The notes under the pieces are model-generated. The model had not been told where the DNA came from, searched no databases, and saw only the letters and a program-made list of their open reading frames with translations. Shown here in pieces: positions 32,208 to 42,601 of a DNA stretch of 55,609 nucleotides. The translations under genes and the position numbers were made by a program. Position 1 is the first letter of the stretch; every line of letters begins with the position of its first letter. The stretch is from Arenicellales bacterium. GTDB taxonomy: Bacteria > Pseudomonadota > Gammaproteobacteria > Arenicellales > UBA868. The DNA is taken from assembly GCA_965660775.1 (NCBI GenBank), contig CBFIBN010000001.1, forward strand, positions 1 through 55,609. Reading direction: 5' to 3'.

Positions 32208-33773
32208 TTACCGACTGAAATAGTTATCCAGAAAGCTTTCGAAGTCCAGAGTGTCATCTTGCTCAGCTTGCCGAGCGTTTTGGTGAGAGTCTGCTGCTTC
32301 CTGGCGCAACAGTGTGTTTTTACCCGGATCTAAGGGATAGTTCTTGAAGTAGTCCTCATGGCGCTCAGCCTGAGTCATGGCAAATGTGAAGAACACGTTA
32401 TTGTGCTCCTTCATTTGCTGAAGAACCTTTGCCGAGGGAGTATTACTGGAATCCTCGAATAAAATGCGATAGTGCGACAACGATTGACAGTAGCCCGTAT
32501 CGCCGTGTTTATCCATATAAACGGCCAGCGGTTCCAGCCACTCGATCAACTCAAGCCCACAGCGTGACACGGGACATTCTTGTCCGATGTGGTTGGTGAT
32601 TGTCAGTTCAGGGTCGCGGCCGAATTCTGCTACGCGCGTCCGCGTGTCACGAAGCCTAGCAAAGTCATCTTCGCTTAGAGGCGGACTGGGCTCCAACAAG
32701 CACGCCAGCATCATGAGATCCAGAAAACGAATTTCGTGCTCGTCAATCCCGATGGGCAGAAAAGGGTTGAGGTCTAATGAGCGTAATTCGATGTATTCCA
32801 CGCCGTGTTCCTGCAGAGCATGGCTAGGTCGTTCACCTGAGAGGGCAACGCGCTTGGGCCGCATCGAAGCGTAATACTCGTTTTCGATCTGCAGCAGCGA
32901 GTCATTCAATTGGCGATATTCACCATCTACCTTGACGCCGATTTCCTGGTAAGGCGGATAAGACTCAGTAGTAGCGCGCACCAGTGACTCTGTATATTCA
33001 GCCAAGCTATTCAAGCTTATATGCACGGCCTCCTGGGCTTCACTTTGATAGCCCAGGCCCGAAAGGCGCAGGCTGGTAGCGTGTGGTAAATGATAACTGG
33101 CGTTACCGAGCTTTTGCAGGTGGTGTGAGCGGCCTTCTAGAAAAGTCGGGCACACAGCGGGTGAAGCGCCAAACAGGTAGGGTATCACCCAGTCATGACG
33201 ATAGAAATTACGCATCAGACCTAGATACTGTTCCGACTTGAAATCACGTAGCGGCAGGGTCGAGTTCTTGACCTCCCGATACGGGCCCCAGAATTCATCG
33301 CTCAGAGAAAAATTGAAATGGATTCCGGAGATAGTCTGCATCAACCTGCCATAGCGGTAGGCAAGACCCGTGCGGTAGACGGATTTCATGCGACCCGCAT
33401 TGGAATTGCCGTAACGGGCAATCGGGATGCTGTTTTCACCATGCAGGATGCAGGGCATGCTGTTGACCCAGAGTTTTTCCTCCCCGATATTCTGGTAGGT
33501 GAACTGATGCAGCCTCGATAGAAACTCGAGCAAGGCCGGCACCTTGTCAAAGATCGGGGTAATGAATTCCAGTAGCGCTTCAGAGTAATCGGTCGTGATG
33601 TAGCGGTGGGTAAGCGCGGCACCTAAAGCTTCGGGGTGGGTATGCTGCGAGATGACACCAGCGGCATCAATGCGCAGGCTTTCTTTTTCAAGCCCGCGGC
33701 GGACTGCGGCCGAGATCGGATCCATTCCGGCATGGTCGATCTTTTGCAGCGTTCGTGTTAGGTTGTTTCCCAC
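32208..33773 (-). CDS. gshA: Glutamate--cysteine ligase
   Basis: GLEKESLR, TTDYSEALLEFIT, SGIHFNFS, ATSLR, LQIENEYY and YIELRSLD. Confidence 0.95.
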   Translation of the reverse strand: MGNNLTRTLQKIDHAGMDPISAAVRRGLEKESLRIDAAGVISQHTHPEALGAALTHRYITTDYSEALLEFITPIFDKVPALLEFLSRLHQFTYQNIGEEKLWVNSMPCILHGENSIPIARYGNSNAGRMKSVYRTGLAYRYGRLMQTISGIHFNFSLSDEFWGPYREVKNSTLPLRDFKSEQYLGLMRNFYRHDWVIPYLFGASPAVCPTFLEGRSHHLQKLGNASYHLPHATSLRLSGLGYQSEAQEAVHISLNSLAEYTESLVRATTESYPPYQEIGVKVDGEYRQLNDSLLQIENEYYASMRPKRVALSGERPSHALQEHGVEYIELRSLDLNPFLPIGIDEHEIRFLDLMMLACLLEPSPPLSEDDFARLRDTRTRVAEFGRDPELTITNHIGQECPVSRCGLELIEWLEPLAVYMDKHGDTGYCQSLSHYRILFEDSSNTPSAKVLQQMKEHNNVFFTFAMTQAERHEDYFKNYPLDPGKNTLLRQEAADSHQNARQAEQDDTLDFESFLDNYFSR

Positions 33774-33814
33774 TTAGGGTCCTCGACAGTATGGCGTCGC
33801 CGTTGGTTGATTGA

Positions 33815-34240
33815 ATGACGAAGTGGTTTCAGGACGATCTGCGAGTACAAACCGCTGGCCGGGAAATCCGTGATATCACGCCTTTGATAGCTGAATTGAC
33901 GGTTCGTTCCGGGATTATGACTGGATTGTCCAACATTTTTATTACCCATACCAGTGCCTCCCTCATGGTAACCGAAAATGCCGATCCTGCTGTTCACCAT
34001 GACCTGGAGCGGTTTATGCAGCGTACCGTACCCGACGGCGATCCACTTTACACGCATACCGATGAAGGCCCGGATGATATGTCCGCACATCTGAGAAGCG
34101 TTCTGACAGAATCCAGTTTGACCGTCCCGGTTGTGAAAGGCCGGCTCGCGCTTGGCACCTGGCAGGGCGTGTACCTTTGGGAGCACCGCGCCCGTTCTCA
34201 CGCTCGACATGTTGTGGTGACCATTTGGGGAGAGCCGTGA
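33815..34240 (+). CDS. yjbQ: YjbQ/UPF0047 family protein
   Basis: HTSASL, ENADP, HxxEGPDDMSAH and LGTWQGVYLWEHR. Confidence 0.92.
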   Translation: MTKWFQDDLRVQTAGREIRDITPLIAELTVRSGIMTGLSNIFITHTSASLMVTENADPAVHHDLERFMQRTVPDGDPLYTHTDEGPDDMSAHLRSVLTESSLTVPVVKGRLALGTWQGVYLWEHRARSHARHVVVTIWGEP

Positions 34241-35277
34241 TGTTCCCAAAAATTCCGATATCGGATTATCACTTCTGTATTGCACCCATGATGGACTGGA
34301 CTGATCGGCATGAGCGTTATTTGCTGCGATTATTGACACGCCATGCCCGGTTGTATACCGAAATGGTGACCACCGGCGCTTTAGTGCATGGCGACAGCAC
34401 GCGTTTTCTGGCCCATGACGCGCTAGAGTACCCACTGGCCCTGCAACTGGGTGGCAGTGAGCCCGGCGCCATGGCCATGTGCGCTCAAATGGGGGAGGAC
34501 GCTGGCTACAATGAGATTAATATCAACGCGGGCTGCCCCTCGGATCGAGTGCAATCCGGACGATTTGGCGCCTGTCTGATGCGTGAGCCAGACCGCATTG
34601 CGGCCTGTGTCCGGGCGATGTCCAAGGTGATATCGATTCCGGTCACGGTAAAATGCCGGATCGGTGTCGATTTTGACGACCGTTTCGAGCAACTGGTCAA
34701 TTTTGTCGAGGTGGTCTCTGGCGCAGGCTGTACCGTCTTTATTGTGCACGCACGTAAAGCCTGGCTTTCGGGTTTGAGCCCTCGCCAAAATCGGGAAATT
34801 CCTCCACTTGACTACCCGCGAGTGTATGAACTGAAAGCCCGGTTTCCTGATCTCACCATTGTCATTAATGGCGGTATTTCTCAGTGGGATCAAGCCCAGG
34901 CCCACCTCACCCGGGTCGATGGAGTCATGATAGGGCGTGAGGCTTACCAGAACCCGTATAGATTGGCGACGGTGGACCACGAACTTTTTGGATTCACCGG
35001 TCCTGTTTTGTCGCGTTGGCAGGTTCTAGAGTTGTATAAGCCGTATATTTGCCGTCAACTTGAACGCGGCGTGCGTCTCAAACAGTTGTCTCGCCATCTT
35101 CTGGGCCTGTTTCAAGGTCAACCAGGCGCGCGAAACTGGCGTCGGACTCTGAGCGAACGCGGCGCGCGCGCTGGCGCGGGAATAGAGGTGATTAATGCAG
35201 CCGAGGCTCAAGTCCGAGAGGACGGCGCCCGGCACTTGGCAAGCCAGGTCAGTCAGCCGGTACATTTTGCAGCATGA
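34240..35277 (+). CDS. dusA: tRNA dihydrouridine(20/20a) synthase DusA
   Basis: APMMDWTDRH, QLGGS, NAGCPSDRVQSGRFGACLM, VHARKAWL and NREIPPLDY. The ATG overlaps the yjbQ stop codon. Confidence 0.95.
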   Translation: MFPKIPISDYHFCIAPMMDWTDRHERYLLRLLTRHARLYTEMVTTGALVHGDSTRFLAHDALEYPLALQLGGSEPGAMAMCAQMGEDAGYNEININAGCPSDRVQSGRFGACLMREPDRIAACVRAMSKVISIPVTVKCRIGVDFDDRFEQLVNFVEVVSGAGCTVFIVHARKAWLSGLSPRQNREIPPLDYPRVYELKARFPDLTIVINGGISQWDQAQAHLTRVDGVMIGREAYQNPYRLATVDHELFGFTGPVLSRWQVLELYKPYICRQLERGVRLKQLSRHLLGLFQGQPGARNWRRTLSERGARAGAGIEVINAAEAQVREDGARHLASQVSQPVHFAA

Positions 35278-36845
35278 AAAGCGCGATCAAATGGTTGTTG
35301 TGGCTGTTTGGAGTCTCGATTGTCCTACTGGGGGCCAGTCTAGTTTGGCTCGTCACGTTTTTTGAGCCCTCAGATTACCGCGATGAAATTAGCCAGTGGG
35401 TCGCAGAGCGTACCGGGCATCACTTTGTGATTGAAGGCGCGGTCTCGATCGATTTTGAGCATGAGCCGGTACGGGGCTTTTTTGTGGATATCGGGGTCCG
35501 CGATGCCGAGTTGATCCGGGTCGACAAAATCCCCGGCGAGCAGCAACTACACCTTAGTGCTTTGGATTTCTCTGCGGATTTCGGCGATCTGTTTGCCAGC
35601 GCTCGTGGTGCAGCCCTTGCCGGCCAAGGGCGCTTTGATGTGGTTGGTGCAGATTTGCGCAAGCTGTTGTCTGACTCTGACGTCAATTGGGATGCGTTTA
35701 CGCCGCAGGCCTTCCGTTCGGTTAGTGCCACAAGTGACTTTGTGGTATCAGGCGATACTTTGTCCCTGACAGACCTTGCGGTGTCCATGGATGAAACCCG
35801 GGTGAGTGGTGATCTGGAAATTGAAAATTTGTCAGCGGATCGAGCCTTCCACTTCGATCTGAATATACCGTCACTGGACTTGGAAAATCTTCTTCAACTG
35901 AGTGCTCAGGGGCCTTTTGATGGCCTGATTCTATTGAACCTGCCGGCTATGCTGGTTGCGCAAAGTGAAGTCACAGGATTACTTAAAATCGGAACGCTAC
36001 AGTCCGGCGGGGTGACGATGAGCGATGTTGTCATGCCCCTTCGTGCCCACGATGGCGTCATTGTTTCTTCACCCATCACTGCCGAGTTCTGCGGTGGCCA
36101 GGCACGCATCGATACGGTAGTGCAGATCGATGGCGCGCTTCTTGATTTTCGCACCCGACAACAAATCAGCCAGTGCCGTTTGGGTGAATTGCTTAGTGAT
36201 CTTGAACTGACTGGAGTGATTGAGGCGCGCGGCAGCCTCTCAGCGAATCTCGCTTTTTCAGGTGTGGACCAGGCCAGCCGAATTCAATCCGCGCGGGGCG
36301 TGATTGAGTTTGCCGCGGATCAAGGGCGGATCAAGGGCATTGATCTGTCGGGCCTGATAGCGCAATTGAGCCCTAGTGCGGCTGGGATCACCGATGGTTC
36401 GATAGGCGAGAGCACATTTACATCCTTGGGGGATATTCGAGCGACTTTGCGAGTTGAAAAAGGTCTACTGATCAATGAAGACCTTGCCTTTCAGGCAGGA
36501 GGTCTGGACGTGCGCGGCCGCGGCGGATTGGCGCTGCAGAGCGAGCAGATCGATTATCGTGTCTCTTTGGCCCTCAACAACCGTGAGCTCGCGAGCGTGC
36601 TTCCGCCGCCATTCAATAGCGGTATGATTGTATTGCCACTACGGATTAGTGGGCAGTGGCATACACCATCGTTGATGATAGATATGCCTCGGATGTTGCA
36701 ACTCCAGTTTCAGGCAGCGATGGGAGGAGGCTCTGGACTAAAGGCACCTTCGGCGGATGTCCGGGCTGCCCGCTTAGCGAAAGACCTGGACGCGGAATTA
36801 ACTCAGGCTCTGGGTGGGGAGCCTGACGAGACAGCGCAGCAGTGA
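35274..36845 (+). CDS. AsmA family protein
   Basis: N-terminal membrane anchor followed by a beta-strand-rich body and an AsmA-like C-terminus (NEDL, G.G...L, PLRISGQW..P). Confidence 0.7.
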   Translation: MKSAIKWLLWLFGVSIVLLGASLVWLVTFFEPSDYRDEISQWVAERTGHHFVIEGAVSIDFEHEPVRGFFVDIGVRDAELIRVDKIPGEQQLHLSALDFSADFGDLFASARGAALAGQGRFDVVGADLRKLLSDSDVNWDAFTPQAFRSVSATSDFVVSGDTLSLTDLAVSMDETRVSGDLEIENLSADRAFHFDLNIPSLDLENLLQLSAQGPFDGLILLNLPAMLVAQSEVTGLLKIGTLQSGGVTMSDVVMPLRAHDGVIVSSPITAEFCGGQARIDTVVQIDGALLDFRTRQQISQCRLGELLSDLELTGVIEARGSLSANLAFSGVDQASRIQSARGVIEFAADQGRIKGIDLSGLIAQLSPSAAGITDGSIGESTFTSLGDIRATLRVEKGLLINEDLAFQAGGLDVRGRGGLALQSEQIDYRVSLALNNRELASVLPPPFNSGMIVLPLRISGQWHTPSLMIDMPRMLQLQFQAAMGGGSGLKAPSADVRAARLAKDLDAELTQALGGEPDETAQQ

Positions 36846-36988
36846 AGTTTGTGGGTAATGGGTCTCGGCGAGCCATACCAGAGCAGTTTACACTGCACAA
36901 CCTTAACGGCGCCGGTGCGGCAACCGCGGCGATAGCGCATTTTAAAACCTTTGCCCGACCCGGCATTTACTGACAGACGGAGAGATTA

Positions 36989-38668
36989 ATGAGCGAAAAG
37001 TTGAATAAGGTCAGTTCACGTATTACCCAACCCCGCTCGCAGGGCGCTTCTCAGGCCATGCTTTACGCTACCGGGATGACTCGTGCGGATATGGATAAGC
37101 CGCAAGTGGGTATCGCCAGTATGTGGTGGGAAGGTAACCCCTGCAATATGCATCTCAACGATCTCGCCGCCCGTATCGCAGAGGGAGTTAACGATGCTGA
37201 CATGATCAGCATGCGGTTCAACACCATCGGTGTGAGCGACGGAATCTCTATGGGCACGGAGGGTATGAGTTACTCGTTACAGTCGCGTGATCTGATTGCC
37301 GACTCCATTGAAACCGTCATGGGCGGGCAATGGTATGACGGACTCGTGACGGTTCCCGGCTGTGATAAAAATATGCCCGGGTGCCTGATTGGTATGGGCC
37401 GCGTCAACCGCCCATCATTGATGGTCTACGGTGGCACGATCAAGCCGGGCCATGCCAGCAATCAGGCAGTGGATATCGTCTCCGCATTTCAGAGTTATGG
37501 CCAATACATTGCTGAAGTCATCACGGATGACGAGCGTCAGGAAATTGTCACGCGTGCGTGCCCGGGCGCTGGAGCCTGCGGCGGAATGTATACCGCTAAT
37601 ACCATGGCCAGCGCTATTGAGTCGATGGGTATGTCATTACCGTACAGCGCTTCGACCCCAGCTGTGCTGCCGGAGAAAATGGAAGAATGTTTTCAGGCCG
37701 GCGCCGCCGTGCGTAAATTGCTTGAACTCAATCTTCGCCCGCGGGATATCATGACGCGGGAAGCTTTCGAAAACGCGATGGTTATCGTAACGGTACTGGG
37801 TGGATCAACCAATGCCGTGTTGCATCTAATCGCTATGGCCCGAGCAGTCGATGTTCCGTTGGGTATTGATGATTTTCAGAATGTCAGTGATCGCGTACCC
37901 TTCCTTGCAGATCTCAAACCCAGCGGTCAGTACGTAATGGAAGACCTCCATAACGTTGGTGGCATCCCCGCTGTGATGCGCTATCTACTGGCAAACGGGC
38001 TTCTTAATGGTGACTGTATGACGGTCACCGGTCAGACGATAGCGCAAAACCTTGAGCAGTTGTCGGATTTGGAAGAAGGTCAGCAAGTGTTTCATTTTAT
38101 GGATAATCCAATCAAGGAGACAGGGCATATCCGGATCCTCAAAGGGAATCTTGCACCCGGGGGGTCGGTGGCCAAGATTACGGGCAAAGAGGGACGTCAG
38201 TTCGACGGACCCGCTCGTGTTTTTGATGGTGAAGAGGCCATGCTGGGCGCGCTCGAAGCCGGTAAGATCAATAAGGGCGATGTCATCGTAATCCGGTACG
38301 AAGGCCCCAAAGGCGGCCCAGGCATGCCCGAGATGTTGACGCCAACCTCGGCCATTATGGGGGCGGGATTGGGCTCAGAAGTGGCGCTGATTACGGACGG
38401 ACGTTTCTCGGGCGGCTCGCATGGTTTTATCATAGGCCACGTTGTGCCTGAGGCCCAGGAGGGCGGCCCGATCGGGTTGATTAAAGACGGTGACATCATC
38501 CGCCTGGATGCGGACGCCAACACGATAGATGTGACCCTTTCGGATTCGGAGCTGGCTGAGCGAAAGGCAAACTGGACCATGCCCCCATACAAAACAACGC
38601 GCGGCACGCTTCATAAATACATCAAAACCGTCAAGACTGCGAGTGAGGGGTGCGTGACAGACGAGTAG
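36989..38668 (+). CDS. ilvD: Dihydroxy-acid dehydratase
   Basis: [41 protein letters not shown] and TDGRFSGG. Confidence 0.97.
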   Translation: MSEKLNKVSSRITQPRSQGASQAMLYATGMTRADMDKPQVGIASMWWEGNPCNMHLNDLAARIAEGVNDADMISMRFNTIGVSDGISMGTEGMSYSLQSRDLIADSIETVMGGQWYDGLVTVPGCDKNMPGCLIGMGRVNRPSLMVYGGTIKPGHASNQAVDIVSAFQSYGQYIAEVITDDERQEIVTRACPGAGACGGMYTANTMASAIESMGMSLPYSASTPAVLPEKMEECFQAGAAVRKLLELNLRPRDIMTREAFENAMVIVTVLGGSTNAVLHLIAMARAVDVPLGIDDFQNVSDRVPFLADLKPSGQYVMEDLHNVGGIPAVMRYLLANGLLNGDCMTVTGQTIAQNLEQLSDLEEGQQVFHFMDNPIKETGHIRILKGNLAPGGSVAKITGKEGRQFDGPARVFDGEEAMLGALEAGKINKGDVIVIRYEGPKGGPGMPEMLTPTSAIMGAGLGSEVALITDGRFSGGSHGFIIGHVVPEAQEGGPIGLIKDGDIIRLDADANTIDVTLSDSELAERKANWTMPPYKTTRGTLHKYIKTVKTASEGCVTDE

Positions 38669-38789
38669 GATTGCTCGAACACGGACCTTAACTTTGGCTA
38701 AAAACGTGTTCGAACGGACAAAGAATTCTTGTAATTCGCCGATAGGAGTATCAGATATAAGAGCGATCTAATATGTGAGGGCATTATCA

Positions 38790-39242
38790 ATGAAGAGTGA
38801 TACTCACGTGGTCTGCCCTGATTGCGCCAGGGTTAATCGAGTGCCTACCGACAAGCTTGGAACCCCAGGCCGGTGCGGCCACTGCAACAGTGCTCTTTTT
38901 ACCGGTCAGCCGATATCTTTAGCGGCCAGTAATTTTGACACGCATATTGGCCGCAGTGATTTACCGGTGTTGGTTGATTTTTGGGCCTCGTGGTGCGGCC
39001 CTTGTCAGATGATGGCACCGGTACTTGAACGAGCGGCAAGCGCATTAGAGCCCAAGGTCAGGGTCGCCAAACTCGATACCGAGCAGGCCCAGGATATTAC
39101 AGCGCGCTACGGGATTCGTTCGATCCCCAGTCTGGTTCTGTTCAGTAGTGGCCGTGAAGTCGACCGCACGGCCGGAGCTATGGATTTGAGTCGTCTGCTG
39201 GTGTGGGCTCGCAGCGCGGCAGCCAAGATCAGTTCAAACTGA
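38790..39242 (+). CDS. trxC: Thioredoxin 2 with N-terminal zinc finger
   Basis: CPDC...CGHC zinc motif plus the WCGPC active site. Confidence 0.92.
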   Translation: MKSDTHVVCPDCARVNRVPTDKLGTPGRCGHCNSALFTGQPISLAASNFDTHIGRSDLPVLVDFWASWCGPCQMMAPVLERAASALEPKVRVAKLDTEQAQDITARYGIRSIPSLVLFSSGREVDRTAGAMDLSRLLVWARSAAAKISSN

Positions 39243-39912
39243 TACGCAATGCAGCGCCAGTTGCCAGTGGCGCCAATGAGAGCGCCAGGACTGCCATCGC
39301 GCCAAGAGCGTAAAAGTGTCCAGCCGTAGGCAGCCCGGCCTCAGCGGCCAGAACCACGCTGGCACCGAAAATCAGAACCGGGATATAAAGTGGAAGAACC
39401 AATAATGTCAGAAGTAGGCCGCCGCGCTTGACGCCGACGGTCAGGGCCATTCCGACGGCACCAATCAGGCTGAGCGTTGGTGTGCCAAGCGCTAGAGCGG
39501 CCAGCAGCGTCATTTGCGTGGTAACGCTCATATTGAGGAGTATTCCGAGCAGCGGTGTTGCTATTAGGAGAGGTAATCCGGTGGCGCACCAATGAACGAA
39601 AACTTTACTCAACACTAATACGGACAGGGGATGAAGCCCAAGGGCCATCTGTTCCAACGTGCCGTCTTCAAAGTCGGAACGGAAAAGGCCCTCAAGTGCC
39701 AGAAGGGTTGCGAGCAGTGCCGCCACCCAGATGATTCCTGGGCCGATAAGGGCCAGTTGTCCCGGGTCCGATCCCACGCCGAAGGGAAACAGTGCAACCA
39801 CTATGATAAAAAACAGGACCGGGTTGGCAATTTCCGAGCGGTGACGGATAACCAGCCGGACGTCCCGGCGAACCAGGGCAAGTGAAGCGTTACCCAGAGT
39901 GGGCGCCATCAT
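39229..39912 (-). CDS. ccmB: Heme exporter protein CcmB
   Basis: PGIIWVAALLA, DFEDGTLEQ and LPLYIPVLIFG. Confidence 0.95.
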   Translation of the reverse strand: MMAPTLGNASLALVRRDVRLVIRHRSEIANPVLFFIIVVALFPFGVGSDPGQLALIGPGIIWVAALLATLLALEGLFRSDFEDGTLEQMALGLHPLSVLVLSKVFVHWCATGLPLLIATPLLGILLNMSVTTQMTLLAALALGTPTLSLIGAVGMALTVGVKRGGLLLTLLVLPLYIPVLIFGASVVLAAEAGLPTAGHFYALGAMAVLALSLAPLATGAALRISLN

Positions 39913-40529
39913 GAACTCAATTCGATAGTGGCGACAGGTTCTTTCGACACCTGAATGGCTTGGTGGCTGGTAAAAATTATCATTCCGCCAGTATCAAGAT
40001 GCGCTGCCAGCAGGGTTTCGATGTCGCCGACTCCCTGACTGTCGATTGCAGAGAATGGCTCATCGAGTATCCATAAAAGAGCGCTGGAAAAGTGTAATCG
40101 GGCAATGGCGACACGTCGAAGTTGTCCAGCAGATAGGTGACGGCATAAAAGGTCAGCCGATGCTCCCAGGCCGACGCGTTCGAGTACAGCACCCATATCC
40201 ACGTGGTGGTGGGCCGACTGCAACGAAAGCGCAAACAACAGGTTCTCTCGTGCGGTCAGGTCGAGTTTCAACCCAGGGGCATGACCTATGTATGCCAATT
40301 GCGCATGGAAGTGGGAGCGATCCTGGCCGATAGGTTTTCCGTTCCACAGTACCTCACCGTGCTCTGGTAGGCTGAGACCGCAGAGGATACGTAACAGGCT
40401 GGTCTTACCGGCACCATTAGCGCCACGGACTTGGCGGATCTCACCCGGGCGGATCTGGAAGTTGACATCCTTGAAAAGCAGCCGGGTACCTCGCACGCAA
40501 CTGAGAGAACGGGCTTCAAGCAGTTCCAA
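39909..40529 (-). CDS. ccmA: Cytochrome c biogenesis ABC ATPase CcmA
   Basis: GANGAGKT, LSAGQ signature and WILDEPF. Confidence 0.95.
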   Translation of the reverse strand: MELLEARSLSCVRGTRLLFKDVNFQIRPGEIRQVRGANGAGKTSLLRILCGLSLPEHGEVLWNGKPIGQDRSHFHAQLAYIGHAPGLKLDLTARENLLFALSLQSAHHHVDMGAVLERVGLGASADLLCRHLSAGQLRRVAIARLHFSSALLWILDEPFSAIDSQGVGDIETLLAAHLDTGGMIIFTSHQAIQVSKEPVATIELSS

Positions 40530-40918
40530 TTGAGTTAAGCCTCATCCGCGGCATTGGTTTTTCGAAATCGATCAGTCATGGAGTGAGATGCGGGTTCCTG
40601 GGGAGATTATGGGGCCAATCCCCTGCGGATGCTCCAGCCCGGATTAGAATTGGTGCCGTCCATCGTTCTATACTTGAATTGTAGCGATGCTCACACCGTG
40701 AAGCACAGACATTATCTGATGACTTAAAACTGTTGGCCTCTGAAAGCGAGAAGGAGATCATAGCCATCTCAGTTTCTCACAAGCGGGTTATCTTTATGAC
40801 GTATTCAGGCTATCAATTTTCCACGAGCGAGGCGATGATTTGATTAAAACGGTCTATCAATGTCCAGCCAATATCCCGTTACAATGCCTCCGCCTGCCCG
40901 ATCAGGACTGGAAAATTT

Positions 40919-42601
40919 ATGAAAACCCCCAACACCAAGCGTAATCGCCTTCCCGGGCGCGCCAAAGGCCGTGCCATCGAGGCTAGCGCACGAAGTGAAG
41001 TGCTTGAGGCAATTAACGGCATTAGCCCAACGGCGGATCAACTGATCGAATGCCTACACCGATTGCAAGATACTCATGGCTATTTGTCTGCCCAGCATCT
41101 GGTGGCGTTGGCAGATGTGCTGAGGCTCGCGCCGACTGAAGTGTATGAAGTGGCCACGTTTTACCATCACTTTGATGTAGTACGTGAAGGTGAAACCCCG
41201 CCACCCCCGCTGACGGTCCGGGTCTGTAACTCGGTGACCTGTGAGATGTTTGGTGCCACTCAATTGCTGGGTGCATTGCAAAAGGGGTTGGGAAAGGGTG
41301 TTCGAGTCCAGGCAGTGCCTTGTGTCGGGCGTTGCGACCAGGCACCCGTTGCCGTGGTCGGCAAGAACGCAGTCGCTCACGCTACAGAGCAGAGCGTGTC
41401 TGAGTGTCTCGATGCGGACCTTACGGGGCCGGGTACACCCGATGACTGGATTCGCTTTGAGGCCTACTGTGCCGATGGGGGCTATGTTTTGGCGCGACGC
41501 TGTAACGACGACAATCAACTTGGCGAGGTTATCATTAAAGAGCTCGAGTCCTCCGGGCTTCGAGGCCTTGGCGGCGCGGGATTTCCCACCGGGCGTAAGT
41601 GGCGCATCCTCAAAGAGCAAACTTCACCGAGATTGATGGCGGTCAACATCGATGAGGGCGAGCCGGGCACTTTCAAAGACCGCTATTACCTGGAGCGTGA
41701 TCCGCACCGCTTTCTCGAAGGCGTACTGATCGCCGCAAAGGTGATTGGCATTGATGCGTGCTACCTCTATGTTCGAGACGAATATCCTGGGGTAATCGAG
41801 ATTCTCCAGAGCGCGATCAAGGAGCTTCAAGACGGCTTCGATCGATCGCTTCCCGAATTGTTTGTGCGCCGTGGTGCCGGGGCCTATATCTGCGGTGAAG
41901 AGTCGGCGATGATCGAGTCGATTGAGGGTAAACGTGGTATGCCGCGGTTACGCCCACCCTATGTGGCCGAGGTTGGCCTGTTTGGCCGTCCCACGCTGGA
42001 GCATAACTGTGAGACACTTTATTGGGTTCGAGAAATCGTCGAGCGAGGCGCTCAGTGGTTCAGTAGCGAAGGCCGTCGTGGTCGCCAGGGGCTTCGCTCA
42101 TTTTCGGTCAGCGGTCGGATAAACAAACCCGGTGTCCACCTTGCGCCAGCCGGCATCAGCGTGCGCGAACTGATCGATGAATACTGTGGCGGAATGCCTG
42201 AGGGGCACAGCCTCTATGCCTATTTTCCCGGCGGGGCCTCAGGGGGCATCCTTCCTGCCACACTGGCTGATGAGCCATTGGATTTTGATACCCTGCAGTC
42301 GCACGGCTGTTTCATCGGCTCGGCTGCTGTGATCATTCTTTCCGATCACGATCGGGTGAGAGAGGCGGCGCGCAACACGATCCAGTTTTTCGCTCATGAA
42401 TCCTGCGGCCAATGTACGCCATGTCGAGTGGGTTGTAGCCGGGCGGCACAGCTAATGGAAAGCCCCAATTGGGATGCTCCTCTGCTTGAGGAACTTGCCA
42501 CGGTTATGGAAGATGCTTCGATCTGCGGCCTGGGTCAGGCAGCACCAAACCCCATACGCTGTACGATCCGCTATTTTCCAAAGGAGGTTGGCTGTCAATG
42601 A
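40919..42601 (+). CDS. NAD-dependent formate dehydrogenase beta subunit (fused NuoE-like 2Fe-2S and NuoF-like FMN/NADH domains)
   Basis: EVATFYHHF, C-x4-C and CVGRC 2Fe-2S ligands, GLRGLGGAGFPTG, NIDEGEPGT, GAYICGEE and ESCGQCTPCR. Confidence 0.9.
   Translation: MKTPNTKRNRLPGRAKGRAIEASARSEVLEAINGISPTADQLIECLHRLQDTHGYLSAQHLVALADVLRLAPTEVYEVATFYHHFDVVREGETPPPPLTVRVCNSVTCEMFGATQLLGALQKGLGKGVRVQAVPCVGRCDQAPVAVVGKNAVAHATEQSVSECLDADLTGPGTPDDWIRFEAYCADGGYVLARRCNDDNQLGEVIIKELESSGLRGLGGAGFPTGRKWRILKEQTSPRLMAVNIDEGEPGTFKDRYYLERDPHRFLEGVLIAAKVIGIDACYLYVRDEYPGVIEILQSAIKELQDGFDRSLPELFVRRGAGAYICGEESAMIESIEGKRGMPRLRPPYVAEVGLFGRPTLEHNCETLYWVREIVERGAQWFSSEGRRGRQGLRSFSVSGRINKPGVHLAPAGISVRELIDEYCGGMPEGHSLYAYFPGGASGGILPATLADEPLDFDTLQSHGCFIGSAAVIILSDHDRVREAARNTIQFFAHESCGQCTPCRVGCSRAAQLMESPNWDAPLLEELATVMEDASICGLGQAAPNPIRCTIRYFPKEVGCQ

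Noticed and set aside
40530-40918. Possible glycine, THF or Moco riboswitch upstream of the fdh-folD operon
   Set aside because: Hairpins are present, but I could not find the conserved core sequences of these riboswitch classes.
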